Shown here: positions 33,266 through 43,221 of the stretch, in pieces
How positions within the stretch are numbered: the stretch's first letter is position 1
Layout of the letters: the number at the start of each line of letters is the position of its first letter
Origin: an uncultured Trueperaceae bacterium
GTDB taxonomy: Bacteria > Deinococcota > Deinococci > Deinococcales > Trueperaceae
Direction of reading: 5' to 3'
Length of the DNA stretch: 64,000 nt
NCBI GenBank assembly: GCA_963799485.1
Contig: CAWCXJ010000001.1
Coordinates: 96,001 to 160,000 of the forward strand
Notes under the pieces: model-generated
What the model saw: only the letters and a program-made list of their open reading frames with translations
The model's database searches: none
What the model was told of the DNA's origin: nothing
Made by a program: the position numbers and the translations under genes

Positions 33266-34853
33266 GGGTCACACCGCCGGGGTGTTCGCCCGCGTAAATA
33301 GGGGCTTGCGCCGAGCCCGCCATCATCAGCCCGACTTGTGCGCGGTCGGCACCTTCGGCCTCGACGATGCCCATCACTTTACCGCCGAACAACACCAGAA
33401 TCCGGTGACTGAGCCGAAACAGCTCTTCCAAGTCTTCGCTGATCAAGAGCACCCCTGCGCCCCGGTCGCGTTCACTCAGGAGCGCCCCGTGCGTCACCTC
33501 GGTCGCGCCGATGTCGAGCCCATAGGTCGGGTGCGCCGCGACGACGAGCTTGACCTCGCCGCTCGGACGTTTCGAGAGTTCGCGCGCTAAAACCAGTTTT
33601 TGAATGTTGCCGCCCGAAAGCAGCCCGGTTCGTGTATTTAGCGACGGCGTAGAAACCTCGTAGTCACGTACCGACGTTTCGGCAAAACGCCGCGCCGCGC
33701 CCGCGTCGAGCAGGCCGCCGTGCGAAAAAGGCGGGTAACGGTAGTGGCGCAGCGTCAGGTTCTCGTGAACGGGCAGCCCCGGCAACGTCCCGACCCCGTT
33801 GCGCTCTTCGGGAATGTGCGCGATACCGCGCTCGAAGTGTTCGCGGACGCCCGCGTGACCCAGCTCTAGACCCAAAAACCGGACGTTGCCCGCCGTAACT
33901 TTGCGGTGCCCGGTGACGACCTCGGCTAGCTCGAGCTGCCCGTTTCCGGCAACCCCGGCGACGCCCAGGATTTCACCCTTACGAACGCCGAACGACACGT
34001 TTTTAAGTGCCTCGCTGCCCCGGTCGTTACGCGCCGAGACGTCTTGCAGCTCGAGCACCGTTCCCTCATGAACCGGCGGTGCCGGAACTCGCCCCAGTAC
34101 CACGTCGCGCCCGACCATGAGCCGCGCCAGACTCTTCGCGTCGGCCCCTTCGCGCGGCAGCGACCCGACCACAGAACCTTTACGTAACACCGTGATGCGG
34201 TCGGCAACGTCTAGTACCTCACCGAGTTTGTGGGTGATAAAGATGACGCCGTGACCTTCGCGTTTCATCCGCCGCACCACCTCGAAGAGCTTGTCGGCTT
34301 CGCCGGGGGTCAAGACACCGGTCGGTTCGTCTAAAATCAGGATTTTCGCCTCGCGTACGAGCGCTTTCATAATCTCGACGCGCTGCTGCTCACCTGCCGA
34401 GAGCTCATAAATATGCGCGTCGGGGTCGACCTCGAGCCCATAGCGCTTACCTAATTCACGCAGTTTCGCCTTGAGGCGGCGCGTCGGTCTGAAAAAAGGC
34501 GTTCCCGGTAGCCCCAATGCGATGTTTTCCGCGACCGTGTGCCGCTCGACCAGCATAAAGTGCTGCGCGACGAGCCCGATACCTTCGGCGATGGCGTCTT
34601 TCGGGGCGCGAAACCGAACCGGACGGCCTGAGCGAATCAGCTGCCCCTCATCGGGCGGATAGAGGCCGTAGAGCATACTGATGAGCGTCGTTTTGCCCGC
34701 GCCGTTTTCGCCCAAAAGCGCGTGGACTTCGCCCGCACGGAGAGTAAACGACACCTGGTCGTTGGCGACGACGCCTGGAAAGCGCTTGGTGATGCCCTGC
34801 GCGTTTAGGAGCGTCTCGGCTGGCGTCGCGGTGGCCTCGGTCGTAAGCGTCAT
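33258..34853 (-). CDS. ABC ATP-binding protein with two ABC domains (CUT2/nucleoside type)
   Basis: GENGAGKT, LSAGEQQR, ILDEPT, LSGGNIQK; ATG 34853 follows TATAGT. Confidence 0.95.
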   Translation of the reverse strand: MTLTTEATATPAETLLNAQGITKRFPGVVANDQVSFTLRAGEVHALLGENGAGKTTLISMLYGLYPPDEGQLIRSGRPVRFRAPKDAIAEGIGLVAQHFMLVERHTVAENIALGLPGTPFFRPTRRLKAKLRELGKRYGLEVDPDAHIYELSAGEQQRVEIMKALVREAKILILDEPTGVLTPGEADKLFEVVRRMKREGHGVIFITHKLGEVLDVADRITVLRKGSVVGSLPREGADAKSLARLMVGRDVVLGRVPAPPVHEGTVLELQDVSARNDRGSEALKNVSFGVRKGEILGVAGVAGNGQLELAEVVTGHRKVTAGNVRFLGLELGHAGVREHFERGIAHIPEERNGVGTLPGLPVHENLTLRHYRYPPFSHGGLLDAGAARRFAETSVRDYEVSTPSLNTRTGLLSGGNIQKLVLARELSKRPSGEVKLVVAAHPTYGLDIGATEVTHGALLSERDRGAGVLLISEDLEELFRLSHRILVLFGGKVMGIVEAEGADRAQVGLMMAGSAQAPIYAGEHPGGVTHV

Positions 34854-34933
34854 ATGCAACTATATGAGCCCGGACTACAGACTGCAAGGTGTTCTTTGTT
34901 TGTAAGCACCGTTACCACGGTGCCGGTATTTTT

Positions 34934-35923
34934 CTAGTTTGCAAGCGAATATGGTTGTAAAGTGTCCAGCCACGGCGTGACAGCAGTCAAGAACTTCCGT
35001 GGACATTCTTCTTGCGGGAGATGTCCACAATCTGTCAGCACTTTGAACTCAGCCCCGGTTATGTTTTCTGCGGCCCGTTCGCTTTGCTCGAGCGGCACGA
35101 CGCTGTCTTCGGCACCGCTGATGATGAGCGTCGGTACCTCGAGTTCACCCAAGCGCGGGAAAAGGTCTTCGGGCCGGTTGGCTTTTGTGATCTCCCAGAG
35201 CGCACTGTCCCAGTTGTCGGCCTGAAGCGGTCGGCGGTAGCCGGCAATGTCGGCGTCCGTGAGGCGGCTGGGGTCGGCGTAGGCGCGGCGGAGCAGCTCG
35301 AGCCCCGCGTCTTCACCAAAAGGTCGCATCAGGTACGGCCCGAGTCTTGTGCCCTGCGGCGTGTTGTAGAGCGCCCGCACCCAAGCGGGCGGCCCGCCAC
35401 TTCTCAGCGCCGGATCGACCAACACGAGCCCGGCAACCCGTTCGGGGTGGGCCAGCGCAAAGTTTACGGCAACTGCGCCACCTTCGGAATTACCGACCAA
35501 AATCGCCTTGTCTATCCCTAACTCGTCGAGTAGACCCAAGCTAAGCGCGACTTGCGCCGCCGGCGTGTACGGATTTTGTGCCCCGGTTTGCGTACGCGTT
35601 ACAGCCGGTCGCGCGCTCAGACCGAAACCGGGGCGGTCGAAGGCGATGACCCGCGCCTGTTCTCCCAGCGTTTCGGTGACTTTACGCCACGAGAAGACGC
35701 TCCCACCGAATCCGTGCAGCAGCAACAGGGTTGGCGGCGCGGTGCCGATGTCGGTATAGCGGAGGTTTACGCCGTTTACTTCGGTAAATTCGTCGTTCGC
35801 TCCGGCAAGGCTTTGCGGCGGGACGGTCTCGAGCGGTGGAACCGGGTAGAGCAGCGGCAAAACGGCGGCTGAAACGAGCAGCACGGCGAAAAAGATTACG
35901 GTCAGGCGGAGGCGAAAGGGCAT
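34934..35923 (-). CDS. Alpha/beta hydrolase with N-terminal membrane anchor
   Basis: LLHGFGG, FDRPGFG, GNSEGG, CGHLPQEE. Confidence 0.9.
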   Translation of the reverse strand: MPFRLRLTVIFFAVLLVSAAVLPLLYPVPPLETVPPQSLAGANDEFTEVNGVNLRYTDIGTAPPTLLLLHGFGGSVFSWRKVTETLGEQARVIAFDRPGFGLSARPAVTRTQTGAQNPYTPAAQVALSLGLLDELGIDKAILVGNSEGGAVAVNFALAHPERVAGLVLVDPALRSGGPPAWVRALYNTPQGTRLGPYLMRPFGEDAGLELLRRAYADPSRLTDADIAGYRRPLQADNWDSALWEITKANRPEDLFPRLGELEVPTLIISGAEDSVVPLEQSERAAENITGAEFKVLTDCGHLPQEECPRKFLTAVTPWLDTLQPYSLAN

Positions 35924-35963
35924 ATAGGGTATTAGACCACGCGCGCCTAAAAGAGCTTTACAC

Positions 35964-36794
35964 TCAGCTTGCCTTTAGCTCGAGCCGCAAATAGGCGCGG
36001 TCGTCAAATGACGCGTTTTCCGGGTGCCGGCCTTTGGCTGCGACGTGCAACTCGGTAAGAAGTGGGTCGTGCGCGAGAACATGCTTCAGCCACGCTTCAC
36101 TCTCGCGTAAAGTCGCGTAAACCTGTGGGTAGCCGTCGCTCGCCAGGACGATTTCACGGGCTGCTGTCGGCACTTTGATGATTTCGACGAACTTTGTCGG
36201 AACCTCGCCTCCACTGATGGCACCGTAACCGTAAAGGCTGTCCGCGCGGTTCATAAACCGGGTCTGTAGCTCGAGCATTGGCCTGATAACCTCGCGCCCC
36301 GGGTCATCCCGGCGGAGGGCTTGGGCGGAGGTACCGGCGAACTGGTGGGCTTGAACAACCAACTGTCTAGCCTTGACGACAACCTCATCTACCGCCATCT
36401 GAGGATTGTGACCCTCGCCGTCGATCAGGTATTGCGGGTCGCCGACCCGCCACAGCTCGCGCCGCGCCGCCGAATACATCACCAAGACAAAGCACAGGGG
36501 CCGTGAAGGTGCACGGTCGGGTCGGGCGTCTTGCAACCCCTCTTTTACGGCCTCGGACATCTGGATTACGGCTTCGTGTGCAGCTACGTCCGGCGAGAGT
36601 GTTTTGGTGACCTGTGCGCCTATTTGGGCGACAAAGCGGGCTGCGCCGACGCCGCCGTAAAGTGCGCCCGAGCTGTCGGTCGCGCCGTCTAAAACGGCTG
36701 CAAAGTGTGGCGTAACGACGAGGAGGTCGTCGCCACCGTCGGCAGCGCCTGTTTTCGAGCAGAGATGAGACTCGAGCACACGAAAGGAAGCCAT
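35964..36794 (-). CDS. Hypothetical protein with PP2C-like phosphatase motifs
   Basis: GDD, AVLDGAT, VGD, LASDGY, FDDRAY. Confidence 0.65.
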   Translation of the reverse strand: MASFRVLESHLCSKTGAADGGDDLLVVTPHFAAVLDGATDSSGALYGGVGAARFVAQIGAQVTKTLSPDVAAHEAVIQMSEAVKEGLQDARPDRAPSRPLCFVLVMYSAARRELWRVGDPQYLIDGEGHNPQMAVDEVVVKARQLVVQAHQFAGTSAQALRRDDPGREVIRPMLELQTRFMNRADSLYGYGAISGGEVPTKFVEIIKVPTAAREIVLASDGYPQVYATLRESEAWLKHVLAHDPLLTELHVAAKGRHPENASFDDRAYLRLELKAS

Positions 36795-36847
36795 GTCTGG
36801 ATTTTAACCGCATTTCCTTGATTGAACGCGCGTGCTAAGCTCACGTT

Positions 36848-37726
36848 ATGACCCGGCTTACACAACCCGTTTCAACCTTCTCCATCGTCGCCCTAGACCC
36901 TGAAACCGGCGACTTGGGCGTCGCTACGGCGTCGAAGTTTTTAGCTGTCGGCAGCGTTGTCCCGTTTGCCGAAGCAGGCCTTGGGGCAGTTGCTACGCAG
37001 TCGTATGCCAACACGACCTTCGGCCCGCGCACCATCAGGGCGCTCCGGGGCGGTATCTCGCTCGAGCTTATCGCCCAAGCCTTCGCCGAGTCCGACGAGC
37101 AGCACGACCAAAGGCAGTACGGACTGGTAGACGTACACGGTCACACACTGACGTTTACCGGCGCGGCGTGTCATCCGTGGGCGGGCGGTCGCACCGGTGA
37201 GGGCTACGCTGCGCAGGGCAACCTGCTCGCCGGGCCGGAGGTCGTAGACGCCCTTTGCGAAACCTTCGAGGCGGCGGCGGGGCCGCTCGCGGAGCGCCTT
37301 ATCGCGGCGCTTAAGGCGGGCGACGCGGCGGGCGGTGACAAACGCGGGCGGCAGTCGGCGGCGCTCCTCGTCGTCCGGGAAGGTGGCGGTTACGGCGGCT
37401 TTAACGACCGTTATTTAGACCTGCGGGTAGACGATCATCCTGCGCCGGTCGGGGAATTGGGGCGGCTCTTGGAGCTGCACGCGCTCTACTTCGAGCGCCC
37501 GAAAGAAGCGGATATCTTAACGATAGATGCGGCGCTGGCCGAGCGGCTACAGGCAGCGCTGGTTCGGGCAGGGCGACTGGACGCGCCTCGAGCTTCGTGG
37601 GACGCTGAAGCGGAAACGGCGCTTAGAGAGCTGGCGGGTACTGAAAACCTCGAGGAACGCCTGCTGGAACCGGGACAGATCGACCGGGTGGTGCTGGGGT
37701 ATCTCGAGCGCAAATACGCTACCTAA
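36848..37726 (+). CDS. DUF1028-family Ntn-hydrolase-like protein
   Basis: TFSIVA.D..TG.LGVA.ASKFLAVG, AVATQS, GGDKRGRQSAAL, DLRVDDH. Confidence 0.9.
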   Translation: MTRLTQPVSTFSIVALDPETGDLGVATASKFLAVGSVVPFAEAGLGAVATQSYANTTFGPRTIRALRGGISLELIAQAFAESDEQHDQRQYGLVDVHGHTLTFTGAACHPWAGGRTGEGYAAQGNLLAGPEVVDALCETFEAAAGPLAERLIAALKAGDAAGGDKRGRQSAALLVVREGGGYGGFNDRYLDLRVDDHPAPVGELGRLLELHALYFERPKEADILTIDAALAERLQAALVRAGRLDAPRASWDAEAETALRELAGTENLEERLLEPGQIDRVVLGYLERKYAT

Positions 37727-38130
37727 AAGGAATCGGCAAAAGGGCGTGCTGAACTTCCCAGGCAAACGTAAAACGGCTCACAAGAAGTACCGACCCTCAA
37801 CCGACTTGCGCCATAGGCCGGTGACAACGCCAACCGCTTAAAACGTGTGTACTTGACGGATTACTTTTGTTTGACGAGACGTCGAGACAAGCTGCTAGAA
37901 TAACTTGGTATTCAAGCCTTACGTTTCTTGACGCGGTTTACCGACCGGGCGCAGCAGGTAAAGCGTCTCGACCTGATTGTCGACCCTTTTGTGGGGGCAG
38001 ATTGTGCTCAGGTACGCGCAAACGTCTTCGACTTGGAGCCGCGAAGGGGGTGCGCCACTTACTGCGTTATATAAACCAGGTTATACAAACCAGCCACTAG
38101 ATTCTAATCAGCTACTCAGGAGGGGTATTT

Positions 38131-40041
38131 GTGCCGCAACTCCAGCAGGCCGGGGAGTCCCGGATACCGATTAAGGCGAGCCTTAACACTCGAGCCTTCT
38201 TTTTAGTCGCCGTCACCTTGTTGCTGAGTTCGTGCAGCACGCTTTTAGGTGATGAGGCGCTCGAGTCCGCACGCTACCGCAGTCGCAGCAACGACCTCGG
38301 ACCCAACGTCACGGTCTTCGACCCGGGTATGCCCGTAAGCGAAATCCAAACCATCCTCGACGCCACCTACGCGCAGCAAGTCGACAACGAAATGGGTAGT
38401 GCGCGTTACGCTTATCTCTTTAAGCCCGGCACCTACGGTACCGACGAAGCGCCGCTACAGATCAAGGTCGGTTACTACACCGAGATTTCCGGCTTGGGCG
38501 CGTCACCCGGTGACGTAACGATCAACGGCAAGATCGAGGTCTACAACCGCTGCCTAGGGGATGACGGCACGAGCAACTGCATCGCGCTCAACAACTTCTG
38601 GCGCACGCTTTCAAACCTCACGGTAAACATAAATGCGAAAGATCAGGACGGTTGCCGCGCCTCCGCCAACTTTTGGGCCGTGTCACAGGCGGTCTCGGTA
38701 CGCCGCGTCGATGTTAGCGGTGGTACCTTCTCGCTGATGGATTACTGCACGGCGGAGCCTCGGTTTGCCAGTGGTGGCTATATTGCCGACACGCGCGCCG
38801 AGACGATTCTCAACGGCTCGCAGCAGCAGTGGTTTACCCGCAACAGTACGGTTGGTGAATGGACGAACGGCGTATGGAACCAGGTATTTGCGGGCGTCGA
38901 GGGTGCGCCGGACGATGCGGGATTTCCCGACCCGCCCTACACGGCCCTCGAGACCACGCCGGTCAGCCGCGAAAAGCCGTACCTGTTCGTTGACGGGCGG
39001 GGTAAGTACAACGTCCGTGTGCCTGCTGCACAGACAAATACCCGCGGCATTTCATGGGATGAGGGCATGACCCGGGGCCGCACGGTTCCGCTCGGCGAGT
39101 TCTTTATCGCGCGACCGTCGGACTCGGTGCAGACCATCAACAACGCGCTTGCCCGCGGCAGAAACTTGCTCCTTACACCGGGCGTCTACGACATTGCCAA
39201 AACCATCAAGGTCAAGCGCGCAGATACGGTTGTGCTGGGTATCGGGCACGCAACCCTCAAAGCGGTCGGCGGCGCTGTCCCTATGGAGGTGGCTGACGTT
39301 CCCGGCGTGGTGATTGCGGGCGTCACGGTTGACGCCGGGAGCGAACTGTCCCCGGTGCTTTTACGGGTTGGTAAAAAGAACGGCAACCGCAGCCCTAAAA
39401 AGAGCGGCGCGGCTAACCCGACCACGCTCTCAGACGTGTACTTCCGCGTAGGTGGCCCGTACGTCGGCAAGACGGTCGTGGCCCTCGAGGTCAACAGCGA
39501 CTTTGTTCTTATCGACCACACCTGGGTCTGGCGCGCCGACCACGGTATCGAAGGCTTTACCGAGGGCGTCAACGGCGACACCGAACGCTGGAACACCAAC
39601 TTGGGGCGCAACGGTGCCGTCATAAACGGCGACAACGTGACGGCGACGGGTCTTTTCGTCGAGCATTTCCAGGAGTACAACACCATCTGGAACGGCGAGA
39701 ACGGTACGACGATTTTGTACCAGAACGAGCTGCCGTACGACCCACCGACACAAGCTGATTGGATGAACGGCGACACGCTCGGCTGGGCCGGGTACAAGGT
39801 TGCCGACGACGTAAAGTCACACAATCTTTACGGCGGCGGCGTCTACGTGTTTAACCAGAACAATCCGGCTATCGTTACGGAGAACGGCTTTGAAGTCCCG
39901 GTGACGCCGGGGGTTCGGCTCGAGCACATCCTGACGGTTAATCTAGGCGCAGGTACCATCGAACACGTGGTCAACGGCGTGGGGGGGCAAGTTGACAACA
40001 GCAATACCGGAACCCCAGCTTATGTGCTGAACTACCCGTAA
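38131..40041 (+). CDS. GH55-like exo-beta-1,3-glucanase lipoprotein
   Basis: Lipobox LLSSC; LFKPGTYG, ALNNFWR, WAVSQA, SQQQW, LLLTPGVY, WRADHG, GLFVEHFQ, QNELPYDPP as in actinobacterial GH55. Confidence 0.8.
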   Translation: MPQLQQAGESRIPIKASLNTRAFFLVAVTLLLSSCSTLLGDEALESARYRSRSNDLGPNVTVFDPGMPVSEIQTILDATYAQQVDNEMGSARYAYLFKPGTYGTDEAPLQIKVGYYTEISGLGASPGDVTINGKIEVYNRCLGDDGTSNCIALNNFWRTLSNLTVNINAKDQDGCRASANFWAVSQAVSVRRVDVSGGTFSLMDYCTAEPRFASGGYIADTRAETILNGSQQQWFTRNSTVGEWTNGVWNQVFAGVEGAPDDAGFPDPPYTALETTPVSREKPYLFVDGRGKYNVRVPAAQTNTRGISWDEGMTRGRTVPLGEFFIARPSDSVQTINNALARGRNLLLTPGVYDIAKTIKVKRADTVVLGIGHATLKAVGGAVPMEVADVPGVVIAGVTVDAGSELSPVLLRVGKKNGNRSPKKSGAANPTTLSDVYFRVGGPYVGKTVVALEVNSDFVLIDHTWVWRADHGIEGFTEGVNGDTERWNTNLGRNGAVINGDNVTATGLFVEHFQEYNTIWNGENGTTILYQNELPYDPPTQADWMNGDTLGWAGYKVADDVKSHNLYGGGVYVFNQNNPAIVTENGFEVPVTPGVRLEHILTVNLGAGTIEHVVNGVGGQVDNSNTGTPAYVLNYP

Positions 40042-40059
40042 ACGGAACAACTTACCGCT

Positions 40060-40087
40060 AGAAGCAGCCTTGAGAAAGGCTGCTTCT
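40060..40087. terminator. Intrinsic terminator between convergent genes
   Basis: AGAAGCAGCCTT-GAGA-AAGGCTGCTTCT. Confidence 0.8.
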
Positions 40088-40170
40088 TACGTCGGGAAGA
40101 CGCATAATCTGACGGGTTTGGGGGTGGCTCGAGCGCAAATACTCAGCTCGAGCTTACAAGTCGGTGTCGT

Positions 40171-40629
40171 TTAAGAATCCAAGCATTTTGCGTATGAAAC
40201 GTCTCTCATTACAACAGTTTGTGGTTCAAATTTGACGAGTACGCTGTCGGGGTCAAGGAGTGCGGCTCTGAAGCGCTCGTCCCATGCGCTTTCGTCATTT
40301 CCTAAATAACGCCGCAATAGAGCGCGTGCGCGTCCAGCATCAAAAATTTCTAGCGTCGCGTGTCCCCTCATTCCGACATGTTCAACGAGGCCGGTTTGAA
40401 CATCGAAATCAACGATACCGACAGCGCAGCGGGAGTCTTTTTGTATACGTTTTGGAAAAGTGTCGGTTTGCTTGTTGCCAATAATCCAGATTGCGTTTTC
40501 CTCCCATAAAAACCAGACCGGCGAGTCTCTTGGGCCGTCTTCTGAAGCTGTTGCCAAGTGCGCGAAGAGCGGACGGGAGAAAAAATTCTCAAAATCCGGT
40601 GAACGCTCTCGGTCACGGATAATCTTCAT
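40171..40629 (-). CDS. Pyridoxamine 5'-phosphate oxidase-like split-barrel protein
   Basis: AHLATA..GPRDSPVWFLWE; lower GC than neighbours. Confidence 0.8.
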   Translation of the reverse strand: MKIIRDRERSPDFENFFSRPLFAHLATASEDGPRDSPVWFLWEENAIWIIGNKQTDTFPKRIQKDSRCAVGIVDFDVQTGLVEHVGMRGHATLEIFDAGRARALLRRYLGNDESAWDERFRAALLDPDSVLVKFEPQTVVMRDVSYAKCLDS

Positions 40630-40636
40630 GGTATAG

Positions 40637-41488
40637 CTACTGCCCCCGAAACTCCGCCGCCCGCTTCTCCAAAAACGCGCTCGTCCCCTCTTTGGCGTCT
40701 TCGGTCAACAGCGCCATCCCGAACAGGTCGGCCTCGACCTCGAGCCCCTGACTCAAACCCAAATCCAGGCCGCGCACCACGGCCTCTTTGGCAAGCCCGA
40801 GTGCGACCGGTGCATTTTTCAGGGTGAGACGGGCGAGGTCTAAAGCGCCTTCTAAAGCGTCCTCAACCACCCGGTTGACGAGCCCCATCTGCAGCGCTTC
40901 GTCCGCACCGACGTGTCTCCCCGTAAAAATTAAATCGAACGCCCGCCCCTGACCGATCAGCCGCGGTAAGCGCTGCGTACCGCCGTAACCGGGAATTAAA
41001 CCGAGGCCGACTTCAGGCAGGCCGAGTTTTGCCGTGTGACTAGCAACGCGCAGGTCGGCGGCTAAGGCCAGCTCGAGCCCGCCCCCGAGCGCAAACCCGT
41101 TGACAGCGGCAACCGTCGGGATGGGTAGCGCCGCCAGGGTGTTCATCACGTCTTGTCCGGCTAACGCACTCTCACGTCCGCTAAAGCCGTCCGTGGAACC
41201 CTGAAGCCCGGCAATGTCGGCCCCCGCCGCAAACGCCCGCCCGCTCCCGGTAATCACGAGCGCCCGCACGCCGAGGTCGGCCTGCGCCAGCTCAAAGGCA
41301 ACCCCGAGCTCATATAAAACCTGCGCGTTCAGGGCGTTGAGCGCGTCGGGCCGGTCGATGGTGATAACTGCGACGCCACCGTCAACGTCGAAACTCAGCG
41401 TCTCGAGCTCCGAAGTAAGGTCTTCAAGCTCGAGGTCATCGTGCTCGTGCAAATGCTCGTGTTCGTCGTGACTGTGGGTATCGCTCAC
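40637..41488 (-). CDS. Enoyl-CoA hydratase (crotonase family)
   Basis: RPDALNAL, AFAAGADI, ALGGGLEL, PEVGLGLIPGYGGTQRL; His/acidic N-terminal tail. Confidence 0.93.
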   Translation of the reverse strand: MSDTHSHDEHEHLHEHDDLELEDLTSELETLSFDVDGGVAVITIDRPDALNALNAQVLYELGVAFELAQADLGVRALVITGSGRAFAAGADIAGLQGSTDGFSGRESALAGQDVMNTLAALPIPTVAAVNGFALGGGLELALAADLRVASHTAKLGLPEVGLGLIPGYGGTQRLPRLIGQGRAFDLIFTGRHVGADEALQMGLVNRVVEDALEGALDLARLTLKNAPVALGLAKEAVVRGLDLGLSQGLEVEADLFGMALLTEDAKEGTSAFLEKRAAEFRGQ

Positions 41489-42346
41489 TCAATTCTCCTC
41501 GTAGCGGTAGAAGCCTTCGCCGCTTTTACGCCCCAGCTTACCCGCCCGGACGAGCTGCCGTAAAAGGGTCGGCACGCGAAACTTGGGGTCTTGAAACTCA
41601 CCGTAAAGCGATTCTGCTGCGGCTAACGCAATATCTAAGCCCACCAGGTCGATCAAGGCGAGCGGGCCGATAGGCATATTGGCGCCGAGTTTCATGGCCG
41701 TGTCGATGGCTTCGGGGGTGCCGACCCCTTCTTGCAGGGCAAATACGGCGTCGTTTAAGTACGGAATCAAGAGCCGGTTGACGATAAAACCCGGTTTATC
41801 GTCGCAGACAACGGCGGTTTTACCGATTTGCTCGACCAAGCCCCGGGCGCGTTCAATCGTCGTTTCCGACGTTTGCTGCGCCCGCACCACCTCGACGAGC
41901 GGCAGAATCGGCGCGGGGTTAAAAAAGTGCAACCCGCAAAAGCGTTCCGGGTGCGGGATTCCGGCAGCAATTTCGGTGATGGAGAGGCTCGAGGTGTTCG
42001 TCGCCAGTAGCGCGTCAGCGGACACGACTCCGGCGAGTGTTCCCCAGACCGAGCGTTTGACCTCCAAAGTCTCAAAAACTGCTTCGACCACGGCTTCGGC
42101 TCCGCTCAGCGCACCGGGGTCGGCGGTCGTCGTGACACGCTCCAGCGCCGCCTGCTTTGCGTCTTCGGTGAGATTGCCCTTTTTGACGATGCGCGTGAGG
42201 CTGCGCTCGATTCCTTTAACGCCCCTGGTGAGTGCGTCTGTTTGCGTATCGAATAAGACGACGTTTATTCCGGCGACGGCGCAGACCTGCGCGATACCCG
42301 CGCCCATCGTTCCCGCACCGACGACGCCGATGTTTTTTTCGCTCAT
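41489..42346 (-). CDS. 3-hydroxyacyl(butyryl)-CoA dehydrogenase
   Basis: GAGTMGAGIA, EAVFE, TNTSSL, GLHFFNP, GFIVNR, GRKSGEGFY. Confidence 0.93.
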   Translation of the reverse strand: MSEKNIGVVGAGTMGAGIAQVCAVAGINVVLFDTQTDALTRGVKGIERSLTRIVKKGNLTEDAKQAALERVTTTADPGALSGAEAVVEAVFETLEVKRSVWGTLAGVVSADALLATNTSSLSITEIAAGIPHPERFCGLHFFNPAPILPLVEVVRAQQTSETTIERARGLVEQIGKTAVVCDDKPGFIVNRLLIPYLNDAVFALQEGVGTPEAIDTAMKLGANMPIGPLALIDLVGLDIALAAAESLYGEFQDPKFRVPTLLRQLVRAGKLGRKSGEGFYRYEEN

Positions 42347-43050
42347 GCTTGGGCTCCCAGCGCGAGGCACGCCGCAAGCGCACTCCCGGTCATCTCGAGG
42401 ACGCGCGCGTGCAAAAACGCCGGGTCGATAAACGAACTGTCGCCGATACGGTTCGACGCGACGAGGACGCAGCCGGTTTCGACCCCTCGGAGCTTGCCGA
42501 GTAAAAACAGCGCCGACGACTCCATCTCGATAGCGAGCACCCCGCGTTCGGCGAGTTTGGGAACGTCTTCCGGGCCGGTCGCGTAAAACGCATCTTCAGT
42601 CTGGATCAGCCCGACATGCGCGCCCGGTGCGGCGTCGGTGAGGGCGCGGGTGACGGCAAACGACGCACAGGGCGCGTAGGGGTCGCCGCGTAAATACATC
42701 CGGGTGGTACCGTCTTGCGGTACGGCGGCGCTGGCGACAACCAGGTCGCCGGGGGAGACGCGCCTTGCAGTAATCCCGGCGGTACCGACTCTGATAAGGG
42801 TCTGCGCCCCCAAACGCACGAGTTCTTCGGTGACGATAGCGAGGCTCGGACAGCCCATCCCGGTCGTTTGGACGGAGACGCGTAAGCCTTTGTAGTGACC
42901 CGTGTAACCCCACAAGCCGCGGTAATCGGTGTAGCGGCGCGGCGCATCTAAAAACGTCTCGGCGATGAGTCTGGCGCGGTGCGGGTCGCCGGGTAAGAGC
43001 ACGAACGGGGCCACGTCGCCCGGTTCGGCGTGAAGGTGAAGTTCAGCCAC
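42343..43050 (-). CDS. Nucleoside phosphorylase (PNP/UDP family 1)
   Basis: LLPGDP.RA, GMGCPS, IRVGTAG, DAFY, IEMES. Confidence 0.9.
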   Translation of the reverse strand: MAELHLHAEPGDVAPFVLLPGDPHRARLIAETFLDAPRRYTDYRGLWGYTGHYKGLRVSVQTTGMGCPSLAIVTEELVRLGAQTLIRVGTAGITARRVSPGDLVVASAAVPQDGTTRMYLRGDPYAPCASFAVTRALTDAAPGAHVGLIQTEDAFYATGPEDVPKLAERGVLAIEMESSALFLLGKLRGVETGCVLVASNRIGDSSFIDPAFLHARVLEMTGSALAACLALGAQA

Positions 43051-43221
43051 GCCTTAAGATACCAGCTCAGCTGCTACGGGGGTCTAGGGTGAGATTTTGC
43101 AGGACAGCTCAAAAAACCGGAAAAGGCGAATTTTCTACATGGACGCACCCTTTTGCGGCGTAGGCTGAACTATGATTCGACAGACTTTCCGAACAGGATA
43201 TGGGCGCTACGGGTGTACGGC

